A stretch of 63,375 bases of DNA from Candidatus Limnocylindria bacterium (GTDB lineage: Bacteria > Chloroflexota > Limnocylindria > P2-11E): positions 1 through 63,375 of the forward strand of contig JBBRQB010000004.1 in NCBI GenBank assembly GCA_038227105.1. The letters are read 5' to 3'. The position numbers were made by a program, and so were the translations under genes. The notes beneath the pieces are model-generated. The model was not told the DNA's origin, searched no databases, and saw only the letters and a list, made by a program, of their open reading frames with translations. Positions 45,788 to 54,383 of this stretch are shown piece after piece. Position 1 is the first letter of the stretch; every line of letters begins with the position of its first letter.

Positions 45788-47097
45788 GATCCTGTCGCCT
45801 CCCCTCGGTCATTGCTGCGCGCGGTGCCCGCAAGCGCGGCGACGACCGCCGCATCGAGCTCACCGCGCTGGACTGCGTGCTGAAGGATCTGCACGGCCGC
45901 ATCCGAGGACATCGCCGGTCGGTCGGGCCGTGAGGTGCGGAGCGCCTCGAACCGGTCGGCCACCGCGACGATGCGGACCTCGAGTGGGATCTGCGGTGCC
46001 TTCAGGCCATCCGGGTACCCGCTGCCATCGAGGTGCTCGTGGTGCGAGCGCACGATCGGCAGGAGGCGCGCGAGCGGCCGGAACGCGGTGAGCAGCTCCT
46101 CACCGAGGACCGGATGCCGCTCGATCTGCGTGCGCTCGTCGGGCGAGAGCTCGCTGGCCTTGCGGACCAGGCCGAGCGGCAGCTTCGTGTTCCCGATGTC
46201 GCGAAGAAGGGCGCCGACGCGGATGTTGTTGGAGCTCGCGGCATCGAGCCCAAGCGCCTTGGCGATGGCGACCGCGCGGTTCGCCACCCGCTCGCTGTGT
46301 CCGGCGGTGGAGCGGTCGTGCGACTCGAAGGCCATCGCAAGCGCGATGAGCGCCTCCGAGGCGGCGTCGACGTCACGGCCCAGCGACCGCTCGCGGACTG
46401 CGAGGTCCGCGATACGGACGAGATCGTCGTTCAGCGCGACCATGTCGTTGCCCGCGGGCGCGCCCGCCGCCGCGACGCGGAGCACGGCAGGACCGTCGTT
46501 CCCCAGCTGCGCCGCGACCGTGGCATCGCCGTCGACGACAAGTAGATCGACCGCACGACCCTCGGCGCCGGCCGGGATGATCTCGAATTTCGAGGCGAGG
46601 ATGTGCTCCGCGCGCTCGCGGCGCGGCTGCTCGACAAGGGCCACGATGGCCGTGGGACGGCCGGTGCGCGTGATCTCGGCGGGCTTCGCGAGACGCGGGC
46701 CGCGCATGCGTCGCGACTGGCTCAGCACCGCATCGACGCGCGCGAGGAGCTCGGCCGGGTGGAACGGCTTCGTGAGGTAGTCAGACGCCCCGCAGGAGAG
46801 ACCGCGCACCTTGTCGAAGACATCGCCGCGCGCCGACAGGAAGATCACCGGGATATCCGAGGTCGCAGTGTCGCTCTTCACCTGGAGGCACACGTCGTAG
46901 CCATCGGTGTCGGGCAGCCCGACGTCGAGGAGCACGAGGTCCGGATGGGTCTCGCGGATCAGGGCGAGGCCGTCCGCTCCCGTGCGGCCGACGGATACGG
47001 ACATGCCGTTCGCCTGAAGGCGGCGCTGCAGCACGTCCGCCGACGCCGGGTCGTCCTCGACGACCACGACGTTCGTTTCGGTCTTCAGCACGCTCAA
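45784..47097 (-). CDS. Receiver plus degenerate HD-GYP domain protein
   Basis: N-terminal REC (VEDD, LLDV, LSA, TKPF); HD motif reads LLRDIGN; HHEHLDGSGYP retained. Confidence 0.88.
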   Translation of the reverse strand: MSVLKTETNVVVVEDDPASADVLQRRLQANGMSVSVGRTGADGLALIRETHPDLVLLDVGLPDTDGYDVCLQVKSDTATSDIPVIFLSARGDVFDKVRGLSCGASDYLTKPFHPAELLARVDAVLSQSRRMRGPRLAKPAEITRTGRPTAIVALVEQPRRERAEHILASKFEIIPAGAEGRAVDLLVVDGDATVAAQLGNDGPAVLRVAAAGAPAGNDMVALNDDLVRIADLAVRERSLGRDVDAASEALIALAMAFESHDRSTAGHSERVANRAVAIAKALGLDAASSNNIRVGALLRDIGNTKLPLGLVRKASELSPDERTQIERHPVLGEELLTAFRPLARLLPIVRSHHEHLDGSGYPDGLKAPQIPLEVRIVAVADRFEALRTSRPDRPAMSSDAAVQILQHAVQRGELDAAVVAALAGTARSNDRGEATGS

Positions 47098-47855
47098 GAC
47101 TTGGCCTCCCCGAGAAGATGGCGCATCCCGACGACGAACTTCGACGGACGGTCGGCGGGCGCGCGTTCACGAAGATAGCCGTGCAGCTCCTCGGCCCACG
47201 CCGGGAGGTCGCCGAACCACTTCATCTCCATGACGACGTCGGTCTCGCGGGCGAGGATCGGCCCGATGCGGACGGGCACCGCGTCGTCCGCGTTCGTGGT
47301 CCAGGGCACCGCGAGGTAGATGAGGTTGTGGTCCGCGGTGATGCGGATCCGGTCCTCCGGCGCCGCGTAGGCGAGGCGGTTGTACTGCGTCACCACGACC
47401 GGATGTGCTCCTTTCGTGACGAGCTCCTCGGCTTTCGCGCCGAGCGCCTGCGACGCCTCAGTGAGCGCCTCGGTCTCGCCGCGAAGGAAGGCGGGGACGA
47501 CGTCCCCGGCCATCTCGAACCGCTCCTTGCGCGAGGTGTCCTCGGTGTCCTCCTTGAGCTCCAGCCAGAGACGGGCGCTGGTGAACGCCTCGTCCGGACG
47601 CGTGCGGTGGTACTCGCGGAACCGCAGGCGGAGCGCGTGACCCTGCTCAGCGGCGCGGAAGATCTTCCAATCGTAGGTGTCGCAGTAGGTCGTCGTGGAC
47701 CACTGGTACAGACGGTCGTCGCGTGCCAGCTGGAGGTGCGAGCTCGCGGTGCGCATGACCAGGCGCGCGAGCTCTTCGCTCGCGATGAACCGGTCCTCGC
47801 GACGGGGCATGCTCTCCGGCTGCAGGAAGCTGTCGGCCATCTTCTCGGAGCTCAT
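47094..47855 (-). CDS. VTC / polyphosphate-polymerase domain (CYTH-like triphosphate tunnel) protein
   Basis: RRE-x-RF, TTYCDT, LRLRFREY, LELK...RKER, Y-x-R-x-AY, RITAD, MEMK, SKF. Confidence 0.85.
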   Translation of the reverse strand: MSSEKMADSFLQPESMPRREDRFIASEELARLVMRTASSHLQLARDDRLYQWSTTTYCDTYDWKIFRAAEQGHALRLRFREYHRTRPDEAFTSARLWLELKEDTEDTSRKERFEMAGDVVPAFLRGETEALTEASQALGAKAEELVTKGAHPVVVTQYNRLAYAAPEDRIRITADHNLIYLAVPWTTNADDAVPVRIGPILARETDVVMEMKWFGDLPAWAEELHGYLRERAPADRPSKFVVGMRHLLGEAKS

Positions 47856-49330
47856 TTCGCCTGCGCCTGTGGCACGAGCTTGCCCCGGCGCGTGAGCGCC
47901 AGCCGCACCCGTGCCTCGATGTCCGCACTGCCTTCGCCGAGCAGACCCTGCAGCTCGCTCGTCGGGACCGCACGGCCCTCGCCGTGGAGCATCTGGGACG
48001 CGTTGCGGCGCAGCTCCGGGTCCTCCGAGCGGAGGTTCTCGACGATGCGCCGGCCGAGCGCGCGGCGCACCGAGAACGTGTTGCCGACGAAGATCGCCGA
48101 GCAGATGGTCCCGAACCCGAGGACCACCTGCGGATTGGCGCTGATCGCGCCGGCGACGAGCACGACCGCCGCGCCGATCTCGGCGACGGCGTTGAGGCCG
48201 CCCGAGAAGAACGCGCGCGCCCGCGGCCGCACGCTCGATGCGATCTGGTTGTAGATGATCTGCGTCGCCGGGAGGTGCACGGCGGGGATGACGATCCGCT
48301 CGGCGCCCTGCAGGAGCACCGCGATGATGAGGCCCACGCCCGCCGTCAGCCCGAAGTACGTGCCGGCGCCGAACGTGACCAGGTACCAGAGCGGGAACGC
48401 GAAGATCACGACCGACACGCCAAGCCTGCGGATGAGGCCCCCGGTGAGGAACGTCTGGATGAGAAGCGCCACGACCGAACCGCTCGTGTACACGGACGCG
48501 TACAGCAGCGTGTAGTCATCCTGCGACTGCTGCAGCGTGCCGGCCTTGGTCGCGGTGTCGAGACCCGCAGCGAACAGGTAGTTCGCGATCTGCATCAGGA
48601 AGTACCAGAAGAAGATGTTGATGCCGAACGGGCGTAGCAGCTTGTCGCGCGACACGAGCTTGTAGCCGTTCAGCGAGCCCGCCATGCGCTGCCCGATGGT
48701 CTTTGGCTGGGCCTTCTCGACAAGGACCGCTCCCTCACCCTCCGGAAGATGCCGGCGGAAGAGTACAAGGATGACGAAGGCCAGCGCGAAGCCCACCGCC
48801 TCGACCGCCATGAACGATTCGGAGTGGATGACCGGCGTGAGGCCGGCGGCAAGCAGACCACCGACGATCTTTCCGACCAGGAGCGAGCCCGCGAACAGCG
48901 GGTAGATGCGCTTGCTCTGCTCGCTGTCGAACAGGTTGCCCGCGTAGACCCAGAAGATCAGGTAGATCGTGTCCTTCACGACCTGGGCCACGACATACGT
49001 GAACCAGTAGTCGCTCGACGTGACCGGGAGCGCGACCTGCGCGACGATCGACAGGAGCGTCACGATGCCGACGTACCAGATGAGCAGGTCTCGGCGGCGC
49101 ATTTTCCCGACGAGCGAGAAGATGATGCTCGACGCGACGAGCAGGACGAGCGGCGCGATGATGTACGCGATCGGCAGGTACGGCAGGCCGACGTTCTTGA
49201 TGAAGATCGAGTTCGAGCCCACCTTCCCGACCCAGTTCGCGATCACGGTGACCGAGAGGATCACGTAGAGCAGGGTCACGATCCCCCGCTCTTCGCGACG
49301 CACCGGGAAAAGACGGCGCAGCCAGGTCAC
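47852..49330 (-). CDS. Npt1/Npt2 (TLC ATP/ADP carrier-like) transporter with a short HEAT-like tail
   Basis: About 12 TM helices; FW-x-YA-x-x-LF-x-x-EQSKRIYPL, R-x-RARAF; C-terminal L-x-SEDPELR-x-NA HEAT-like repeat. Confidence 0.8.
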   Translation of the reverse strand: MTWLRRLFPVRREERGIVTLLYVILSVTVIANWVGKVGSNSIFIKNVGLPYLPIAYIIAPLVLLVASSIIFSLVGKMRRRDLLIWYVGIVTLLSIVAQVALPVTSSDYWFTYVVAQVVKDTIYLIFWVYAGNLFDSEQSKRIYPLFAGSLLVGKIVGGLLAAGLTPVIHSESFMAVEAVGFALAFVILVLFRRHLPEGEGAVLVEKAQPKTIGQRMAGSLNGYKLVSRDKLLRPFGINIFFWYFLMQIANYLFAAGLDTATKAGTLQQSQDDYTLLYASVYTSGSVVALLIQTFLTGGLIRRLGVSVVIFAFPLWYLVTFGAGTYFGLTAGVGLIIAVLLQGAERIVIPAVHLPATQIIYNQIASSVRPRARAFFSGGLNAVAEIGAAVVLVAGAISANPQVVLGFGTICSAIFVGNTFSVRRALGRRIVENLRSEDPELRRNASQMLHGEGRAVPTSELQGLLGEGSADIEARVRLALTRRGKLVPQAQAK

Positions 49331-50886
49331 GCGGGCACCGCCGCGGCCCCTCGCGACGCCGCCGGGATCGTGAACTCGACAATGGCGCCCGGCTGGCCGC
49401 CGTTGGCGACCCCGATCTTGCCGCCGTGGAGCTCGACCGCGAGCTTGCAGAATGCGAGGCCCAGGCCGGTGCCGCCGCGGCTACGGCCGGTGTCGGTCTG
49501 ATAGAAGCGATCGAAGACGTGCGCGGCATCGGCCTCCGGGATGCCCGGGCCCGTGTCCATGACGCGCACGATGATGCTGTCGGCGGAGGTCGCGCTCGGC
49601 GTCGCCTCGATGGTCACCGCGCCACCGCCCGGTGTGTGCTTGATGGCGTTAGAGACGAGGTTGGTCAGCACGCGGACCATCAGGCCCGGGTCGATGAAGG
49701 CCATCATGTCGTCGGGGATCTTCTCGTTGAGCGAGATGCCCTTGGCCATCGCCTCGGGGATGAGCTGCGCGAAGCTGCGGCGGACGACGTCCCCGAGCTT
49801 GTTCACGCCGGCGACCGCCTCGAGGCGGCCCTCTTCCATCTTGTAGACGTCGAGGAGCGCGTTGACCATGCGCAGGACCTCGGCGATGTTCGCCTCCGAC
49901 AGCCCGAGCAGCTGCGCGAACTCGGGGCGGTCAGGGGTCAGCTCCCCCATCCGCGCAAGCTGGAGGAACGCGACCACACTGTTCGCGAGATTGCGGATGT
50001 CGTGGCCGAGCATGCCGATGAGCTCCTGCCGGGAGCCCTCCAGCCGCTTCAGATCCTCGTTCTTGTTGCGGAGGTCATCCTGGAGGCGCTTCATGAAGAT
50101 CGCCTGGCGTACGCGCGCGAACAGCTCGACCGGCTCGACGGGCTTGTTCACGTACATGATCCCGCCGGCCTCGAAGCCCGCGGCGACGTCCTCCGGACGG
50201 TCGCGCGCAGTGACGAAGACGACCGGGATGTTCGCGGTCTTCGGGTCGGCCTTGAGGAGCTTCGTCGCCTGCCAGCCATCGAGGCCCGGCATCATGACGT
50301 CCATGAGGATCAAGTCTGGCTGCTCTTTGATCGCCGCCGCGATGGCCTCGTGCCCGTTGGTCGCGCTCACGGTCTCGTAGCCGTTCCCCGTGAGGCGCCG
50401 GACGATGAGCTCGACGTTCGCCGGCTCGTCGTCGACGACGAGGACACGACCGAGCTTCTCGGATGGCTCGACGCCCGACGCCGTGACAGCGGCAGGACGC
50501 GCGATCGGCTTCGGGGCTGAGCCGTCCGCGAAGTAGCGGTTGAGGACGGCACGCAGCTCGGCCGGCGCGTATGGCTTCGTGACGAAGTCATCGCACCCTG
50601 CCTCGCGCGCGCGCTCCCGGTCGGCGTCCATTGCGAGAGCGGACACGGCGATGATCGGGATCTCGGTGGCCCAGGCCTCGGCGCGGATCGCCCGCGTCAC
50701 GGCCCAGCCATCCAGCTTCGGCAGCAGCAGGTCGACGAGGATGGCGTCTGGGTGCTCCCGGCGAGCGACCTCGAGACCCATGGCGCCATCCGTCGCGATG
50801 AGCGCCTCGTGGCCCGCGCCGCGCACGATGCGCTGCGCGACGTCCAGGTTGTTCGCCTCGTCCTCGACGATCAGGATGCGGGCCAT
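49327..50886 (-). CDS. Hybrid REC-REC-HisKA-HATPase histidine kinase (cytoplasmic)
   Basis: Two intact receivers (VEDE/VDLLLP and VDDE/MDVMMP), GHDIRN, NLVSNAIK, DTGPGI, GTGLGL; ATG at 50886. Confidence 0.92.
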   Translation of the reverse strand: MARILIVEDEANNLDVAQRIVRGAGHEALIATDGAMGLEVARREHPDAILVDLLLPKLDGWAVTRAIRAEAWATEIPIIAVSALAMDADRERAREAGCDDFVTKPYAPAELRAVLNRYFADGSAPKPIARPAAVTASGVEPSEKLGRVLVVDDEPANVELIVRRLTGNGYETVSATNGHEAIAAAIKEQPDLILMDVMMPGLDGWQATKLLKADPKTANIPVVFVTARDRPEDVAAGFEAGGIMYVNKPVEPVELFARVRQAIFMKRLQDDLRNKNEDLKRLEGSRQELIGMLGHDIRNLANSVVAFLQLARMGELTPDRPEFAQLLGLSEANIAEVLRMVNALLDVYKMEEGRLEAVAGVNKLGDVVRRSFAQLIPEAMAKGISLNEKIPDDMMAFIDPGLMVRVLTNLVSNAIKHTPGGGAVTIEATPSATSADSIIVRVMDTGPGIPEADAAHVFDRFYQTDTGRSRGGTGLGLAFCKLAVELHGGKIGVANGGQPGAIVEFTIPAASRGAAAVPA

Positions 50887-53183
50887 CAGGCGACCCCAAC
50901 GACAGCGGCGATGGCCTTCACGTAGACCGGCATGGTGAAGCTGAAGACGCTCCCGCCGTTCGCGCCGCTCTCGACCCAGATGCGGCCACCGTGCAGCGCG
51001 ACGAGGCGCTTGCTGATCGCGAGGCCGAGGCCCGTGCCGCCGTACCGCCGGGTCGTCGACGCGTCGGCCTGCCTGAACTCGTCGAAGATGTAGGCCTGCG
51101 CCTCTTGACTGATACCGATGCCGGTGTCCGCCACGGACACCGTCACCCAACCGTCGCCGGTCGTCGCAGTGATCGTCACGGCGCCCGTGTCGGTGAACTT
51201 CACGGCGTTCGACACGAGGTTCACGACGACCTGGCGGAATCGCGCACGGTCGGCGAGGATCGTGGGCAGCTCCGCCGGGATGTTCGCGACGACCGCGAGC
51301 TCCTTCGCGTCGGACTGCGGCCGGATGAGCGCGATGACATCGTCCATGACCGGGCGGACGTCGAGCTCCTCGACATTGATCTCCATCCGGCCCGCCTCGA
51401 TCTTGGAGAGGTCAAGCAGGCCGTTGATCAGACCGAGCAGGTTGTCGGCGGCGGTCGTGACCCGCTGCAGGTCGGATTCCTGCTGCGAGTTCAACTCGCC
51501 GTCGAGCCCGTCGAGCATGAGCTTCGAGTACCCGATGATCGCATTCATCGGCGTCCGCAGCTCGTGCGACACGTTCGCAAGGAACTCGCTCTTCAAGCGG
51601 TTCGCACGCTCGAGCTGGAAGTTGTTGTCACGCAGCTCACCGACGAGATCGGCGTTCTCCTTCGCGACCGACACGAGTCGTGCGACCGTGCGCAGCGTCC
51701 GTGCCTCGGACTCGGTGATCTCGGCCTCGCCCTTGAAGTAGACGGAGAGTAGGCCGGTGATGAGGCCTCGCGTCGACAACGGCACGTGCGCAGCGCTGCG
51801 CAGCGAGCCGAATGGGATCTCGGAGCGCTGCACCACGTCGGGGTCGCCGGTCTTGGCGTTCAGCACGTCGGCGGCGACGCGTGTCGCCGTCTGATCCTCG
51901 ATGGTGACGGTGCTCGCGGCCACCAGATCCTCGCTCGCGCCATCGCGCAGAACGATCGCCGCGGCGTCAGCCTTGACCAGCGTGACCAGCCGCGTGAGGG
52001 ACTCGGCGAAGATCCGCTCGCGGTCGGTGACGCCGACGACGGCGTCGGATACGGCATTGACGGTGCGGACCTCGTCGAGGTACTCCTGCTGCGCGCGATC
52101 GCGCTCCTGGAGCGAGCGGGCCATGGTGTCGAAGGCGCGCTCCAGGGTGCCCACCTCGTACGGCGAGCGCCCGTCGATGCGCACCCCGAGGTCACCGGCC
52201 TCGATCTTCTGTGCGGCGTTCGCCAGGTTCGCGAGCGGCGCGGTGATCGTGCGCGCCGAGCGGTACGACACGAGGATGACGACGATGATCACGCCGACGA
52301 GCACGCCACCGAGGATGATGAACAGCGATCGCTGGGCCTGTTCGACCGGGGCCGCGGCTACGAGGACGCCCAGAAGCAGCGGATCCGAGTTGGCCGTGTG
52401 TGTCCGTTCCAGGGTGAAGATGCCGTAGTAGTTCGCACCGTCGACGACGATCGTCCGGGTGACGAGGTCGCTTGGCGACGCGTCGACCTCGGCGCTCGTG
52501 GGGAACTGCGCGACCTCGTCGGCGTCGATGGCGATGGTCGCGGCCCGTGGGGCGCCGCGCCAGAGCACGGCGAGCTGAGCGTCCGAGCTCGACTGCACAG
52601 ACTGGAGGAAGCCCACGTCGAGGACCGTCCCGACCATGACGTAGCCGAGGACCCGGGTGTTCGCGTCATCGCGGACGATCGACAGCGCGCGGACGGTGAC
52701 GCCGGCGGGCTCGTCATAGAGGACATACGCCTGCTCGGGGCTCGCATTGGCGCGCGCGAGGAGGTCCGTTCCGAGCTTCTCACCCGGCGCAATGTCCTGC
52801 CCACCAGTGATGACGGTGCCAGCCGCGTCGGCATAGCTGAGGATGTCCGCGCCGATGCTCGACTTGGCGAAGAGCAGGAAGCTCTGGACCTCGGCGAGCT
52901 TCGCAGCGCCGTGATCGGTAAGGAAATCTGTCGCAAGTCGCTTTGTCGTAGGCAGCCCGGCAACGAAGCGCGCGCCGCGCGTCGCGGTCACGACGCGCGC
53001 ATCGATCGCGGACGTCGCGTTGCCCGCGATGAGGCCTGCCTCGTCCTGGAAGCGCGATTGGACAAGGCCGTTGGACACGTACTGCGCGACGAACACGATC
53101 ACCAGAGCCGCGAGGACGCTGACCGTCGCCGTGCGAAGCACGAGGACGCGCAGCAGGCTCGGTGACGCGATCCGACTGAGCAT
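50886..53183 (-). CDS. Membrane sensor histidine kinase (TM, extracytoplasmic Cache-like domain, TM, HAMP, GAF, HisKA, HATPase)
   Basis: HAMP (ITAPL...[12 protein letters not shown]), GAF (HVPL...GLLSV), [23 protein letters not shown]. Confidence 0.92.
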   Translation of the reverse strand: MLSRIASPSLLRVLVLRTATVSVLAALVIVFVAQYVSNGLVQSRFQDEAGLIAGNATSAIDARVVTATRGARFVAGLPTTKRLATDFLTDHGAAKLAEVQSFLLFAKSSIGADILSYADAAGTVITGGQDIAPGEKLGTDLLARANASPEQAYVLYDEPAGVTVRALSIVRDDANTRVLGYVMVGTVLDVGFLQSVQSSSDAQLAVLWRGAPRAATIAIDADEVAQFPTSAEVDASPSDLVTRTIVVDGANYYGIFTLERTHTANSDPLLLGVLVAAAPVEQAQRSLFIILGGVLVGVIIVVILVSYRSARTITAPLANLANAAQKIEAGDLGVRIDGRSPYEVGTLERAFDTMARSLQERDRAQQEYLDEVRTVNAVSDAVVGVTDRERIFAESLTRLVTLVKADAAAIVLRDGASEDLVAASTVTIEDQTATRVAADVLNAKTGDPDVVQRSEIPFGSLRSAAHVPLSTRGLITGLLSVYFKGEAEITESEARTLRTVARLVSVAKENADLVGELRDNNFQLERANRLKSEFLANVSHELRTPMNAIIGYSKLMLDGLDGELNSQQESDLQRVTTAADNLLGLINGLLDLSKIEAGRMEINVEELDVRPVMDDVIALIRPQSDAKELAVVANIPAELPTILADRARFRQVVVNLVSNAVKFTDTGAVTITATTGDGWVTVSVADTGIGISQEAQAYIFDEFRQADASTTRRYGGTGLGLAISKRLVALHGGRIWVESGANGGSVFSFTMPVYVKAIAAVVGVA

Positions 53184-53202
53184 CAGAGCGTTCTTTGGTT
53201 AC

Positions 53203-54042
53203 CTACTCGCCCGAGATGATCTTCTGGCCCTCGGGGCTCTTCACGAAGTCCACGAGTGCCTTGATCGCCGGTTTGACCTTGGCCGGGTCGCTGTTGGTCG
53301 TCATGTAGCTCGCCTTCGACATCTTCCAGGTGCCCGTGCCAAGGTTCGCGAGCGTCGGCTGGATCCCGTCCATACCGATGAACTTGATCGTCGTGTCCTT
53401 CAGGTTCTTCGCGTTGAGCGTGGCCATGCCGATCGATCCCTTGAATGCGCCTATCGCCTTGATCGTGTCGGTCGACTCGAAGATCTCCTGGACATCGGCG
53501 GGGTACTTCGGCGCGGTCGACCCGAAGACGTATCCCTCGATCGTGGTGCGGGTCGAGCTCGCCGCTTCGCGCACGAATGCTTTGACCGGTCCGGCCGTGC
53601 TGCCGATCTCCGACCAGTCCTTGATCGTAGCGGAGTACATCTTTGCGACCTGGTCCTTGGTCAGGTTCGTGATGGTGTTCGCGGGGTTGACCGCCAGGGC
53701 GCTGCCGGTGAAGCCGATCGGCGTGAGCACGATCTTGGCCTCGGTCGAGCGGAGCTCACGGCCGATGTAGCCGAAGTCAACGTCGCCGGTGCTCACATTG
53801 ACGTTGCTCGTCTCGGTGTCGATGTCGTTGAGCTTGAAGTTGACGCCGGGGTGCAGCTCGCTGAAGCGCTTGGTGAGCGCCGTCATTGCCGGGTTCGCGC
53901 CGTTCGCGCCTGATGCGGTGTATTCGCCCGCGAGCGGGTCCTTTGTCCTTACTGGCGTCGGCAGGACACTGCCACCGCCGCCTGTGCCGCAGGCGCCGAG
54001 CACGAGGATCGCTGTCATGAGGAGCCCGACTCCGCGTCCCAC
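53203..54042 (-). CDS. PstS-like (PBP_like_2) substrate-binding lipoprotein, divergent
   Basis: Lipobox LGAC; overall PstS-type motif order (G...P, D-x-G-x-x-GR, VNP-x-N, I-x-x-W-x-x-IG, RE-x-x-S-x-TR, DGI-x-PT); no pstCAB nearby. Start GTG 54042 or ATG 54018. Confidence 0.8.
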   Translation of the reverse strand: MGRGVGLLMTAILVLGACGTGGGGSVLPTPVRTKDPLAGEYTASGANGANPAMTALTKRFSELHPGVNFKLNDIDTETSNVNVSTGDVDFGYIGRELRSTEAKIVLTPIGFTGSALAVNPANTITNLTKDQVAKMYSATIKDWSEIGSTAGPVKAFVREAASSTRTTIEGYVFGSTAPKYPADVQEIFESTDTIKAIGAFKGSIGMATLNAKNLKDTTIKFIGMDGIQPTLANLGTGTWKMSKASYMTTNSDPAKVKPAIKALVDFVKSPEGQKIISGE

Positions 54043-54233
54043 CCGACGAATATCCAAAGATCGCCTCCACCCAATTACTTCGCTAGATTCGTCAGATGCT
54101 CCGTCAGGCGGTGTAGTCCGGCATCCCTCAATGGGGGGAAGCAGGGTGTCCGGGGACGGGCGGTTTGCGTACACGAGCACGACCGGGCTCGCTTGAATGG
54201 TCCGCTTCCCTAGAATGAGGTCTCCCCAAGCGC

Positions 54234-54305
54234 GGAGGCGTTGGTGTAGCGGTAACACTGGAGAATGTGGATCTCCCTTCGAGGGTTCAACTCCCTCACG
54301 CCTCC
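54234..54305 (+). tRNA. tRNA-His (GUG)
   Basis: G-1 (54234) pairs with C73 (54305); acceptor GAGGCGT/ACGCCTC; D stem GTGT/ACAC; anticodon arm GGAGA-ATGTGGA-TCTCC; T arm GAGGG-TTCAACT-CCCTC; TAGAAT -10 at 54211; CCA not fully encoded. Confidence 0.88.
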
Positions 54306-54330
54306 CAGATAGGTAACCCCAGGTAAACAA

Positions 54331-54355
54331 GAAGCGCGGCCACTGGCCGCGCTTC
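54331..54355. terminator. Bidirectional intrinsic terminator between tRNA-His and the FecR gene
   Basis: GAAGCGCGGCC-ACT-GGCCGCGCTTC, flanked by AAACAA and GTTGT. Confidence 0.8.
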
Positions 54356-54383
54356 GTTGTGTCTCCAACCGGTCCGGCTGAGG

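Noticed and set aside
54060-54180. c-di-GMP-I riboswitch upstream of the PstS-like gene (GCAAACC on the minus strand, 54168-54162)
   Set aside because: The GAAA tetraloop and the downstream GGGACGCAAAGC core are absent.
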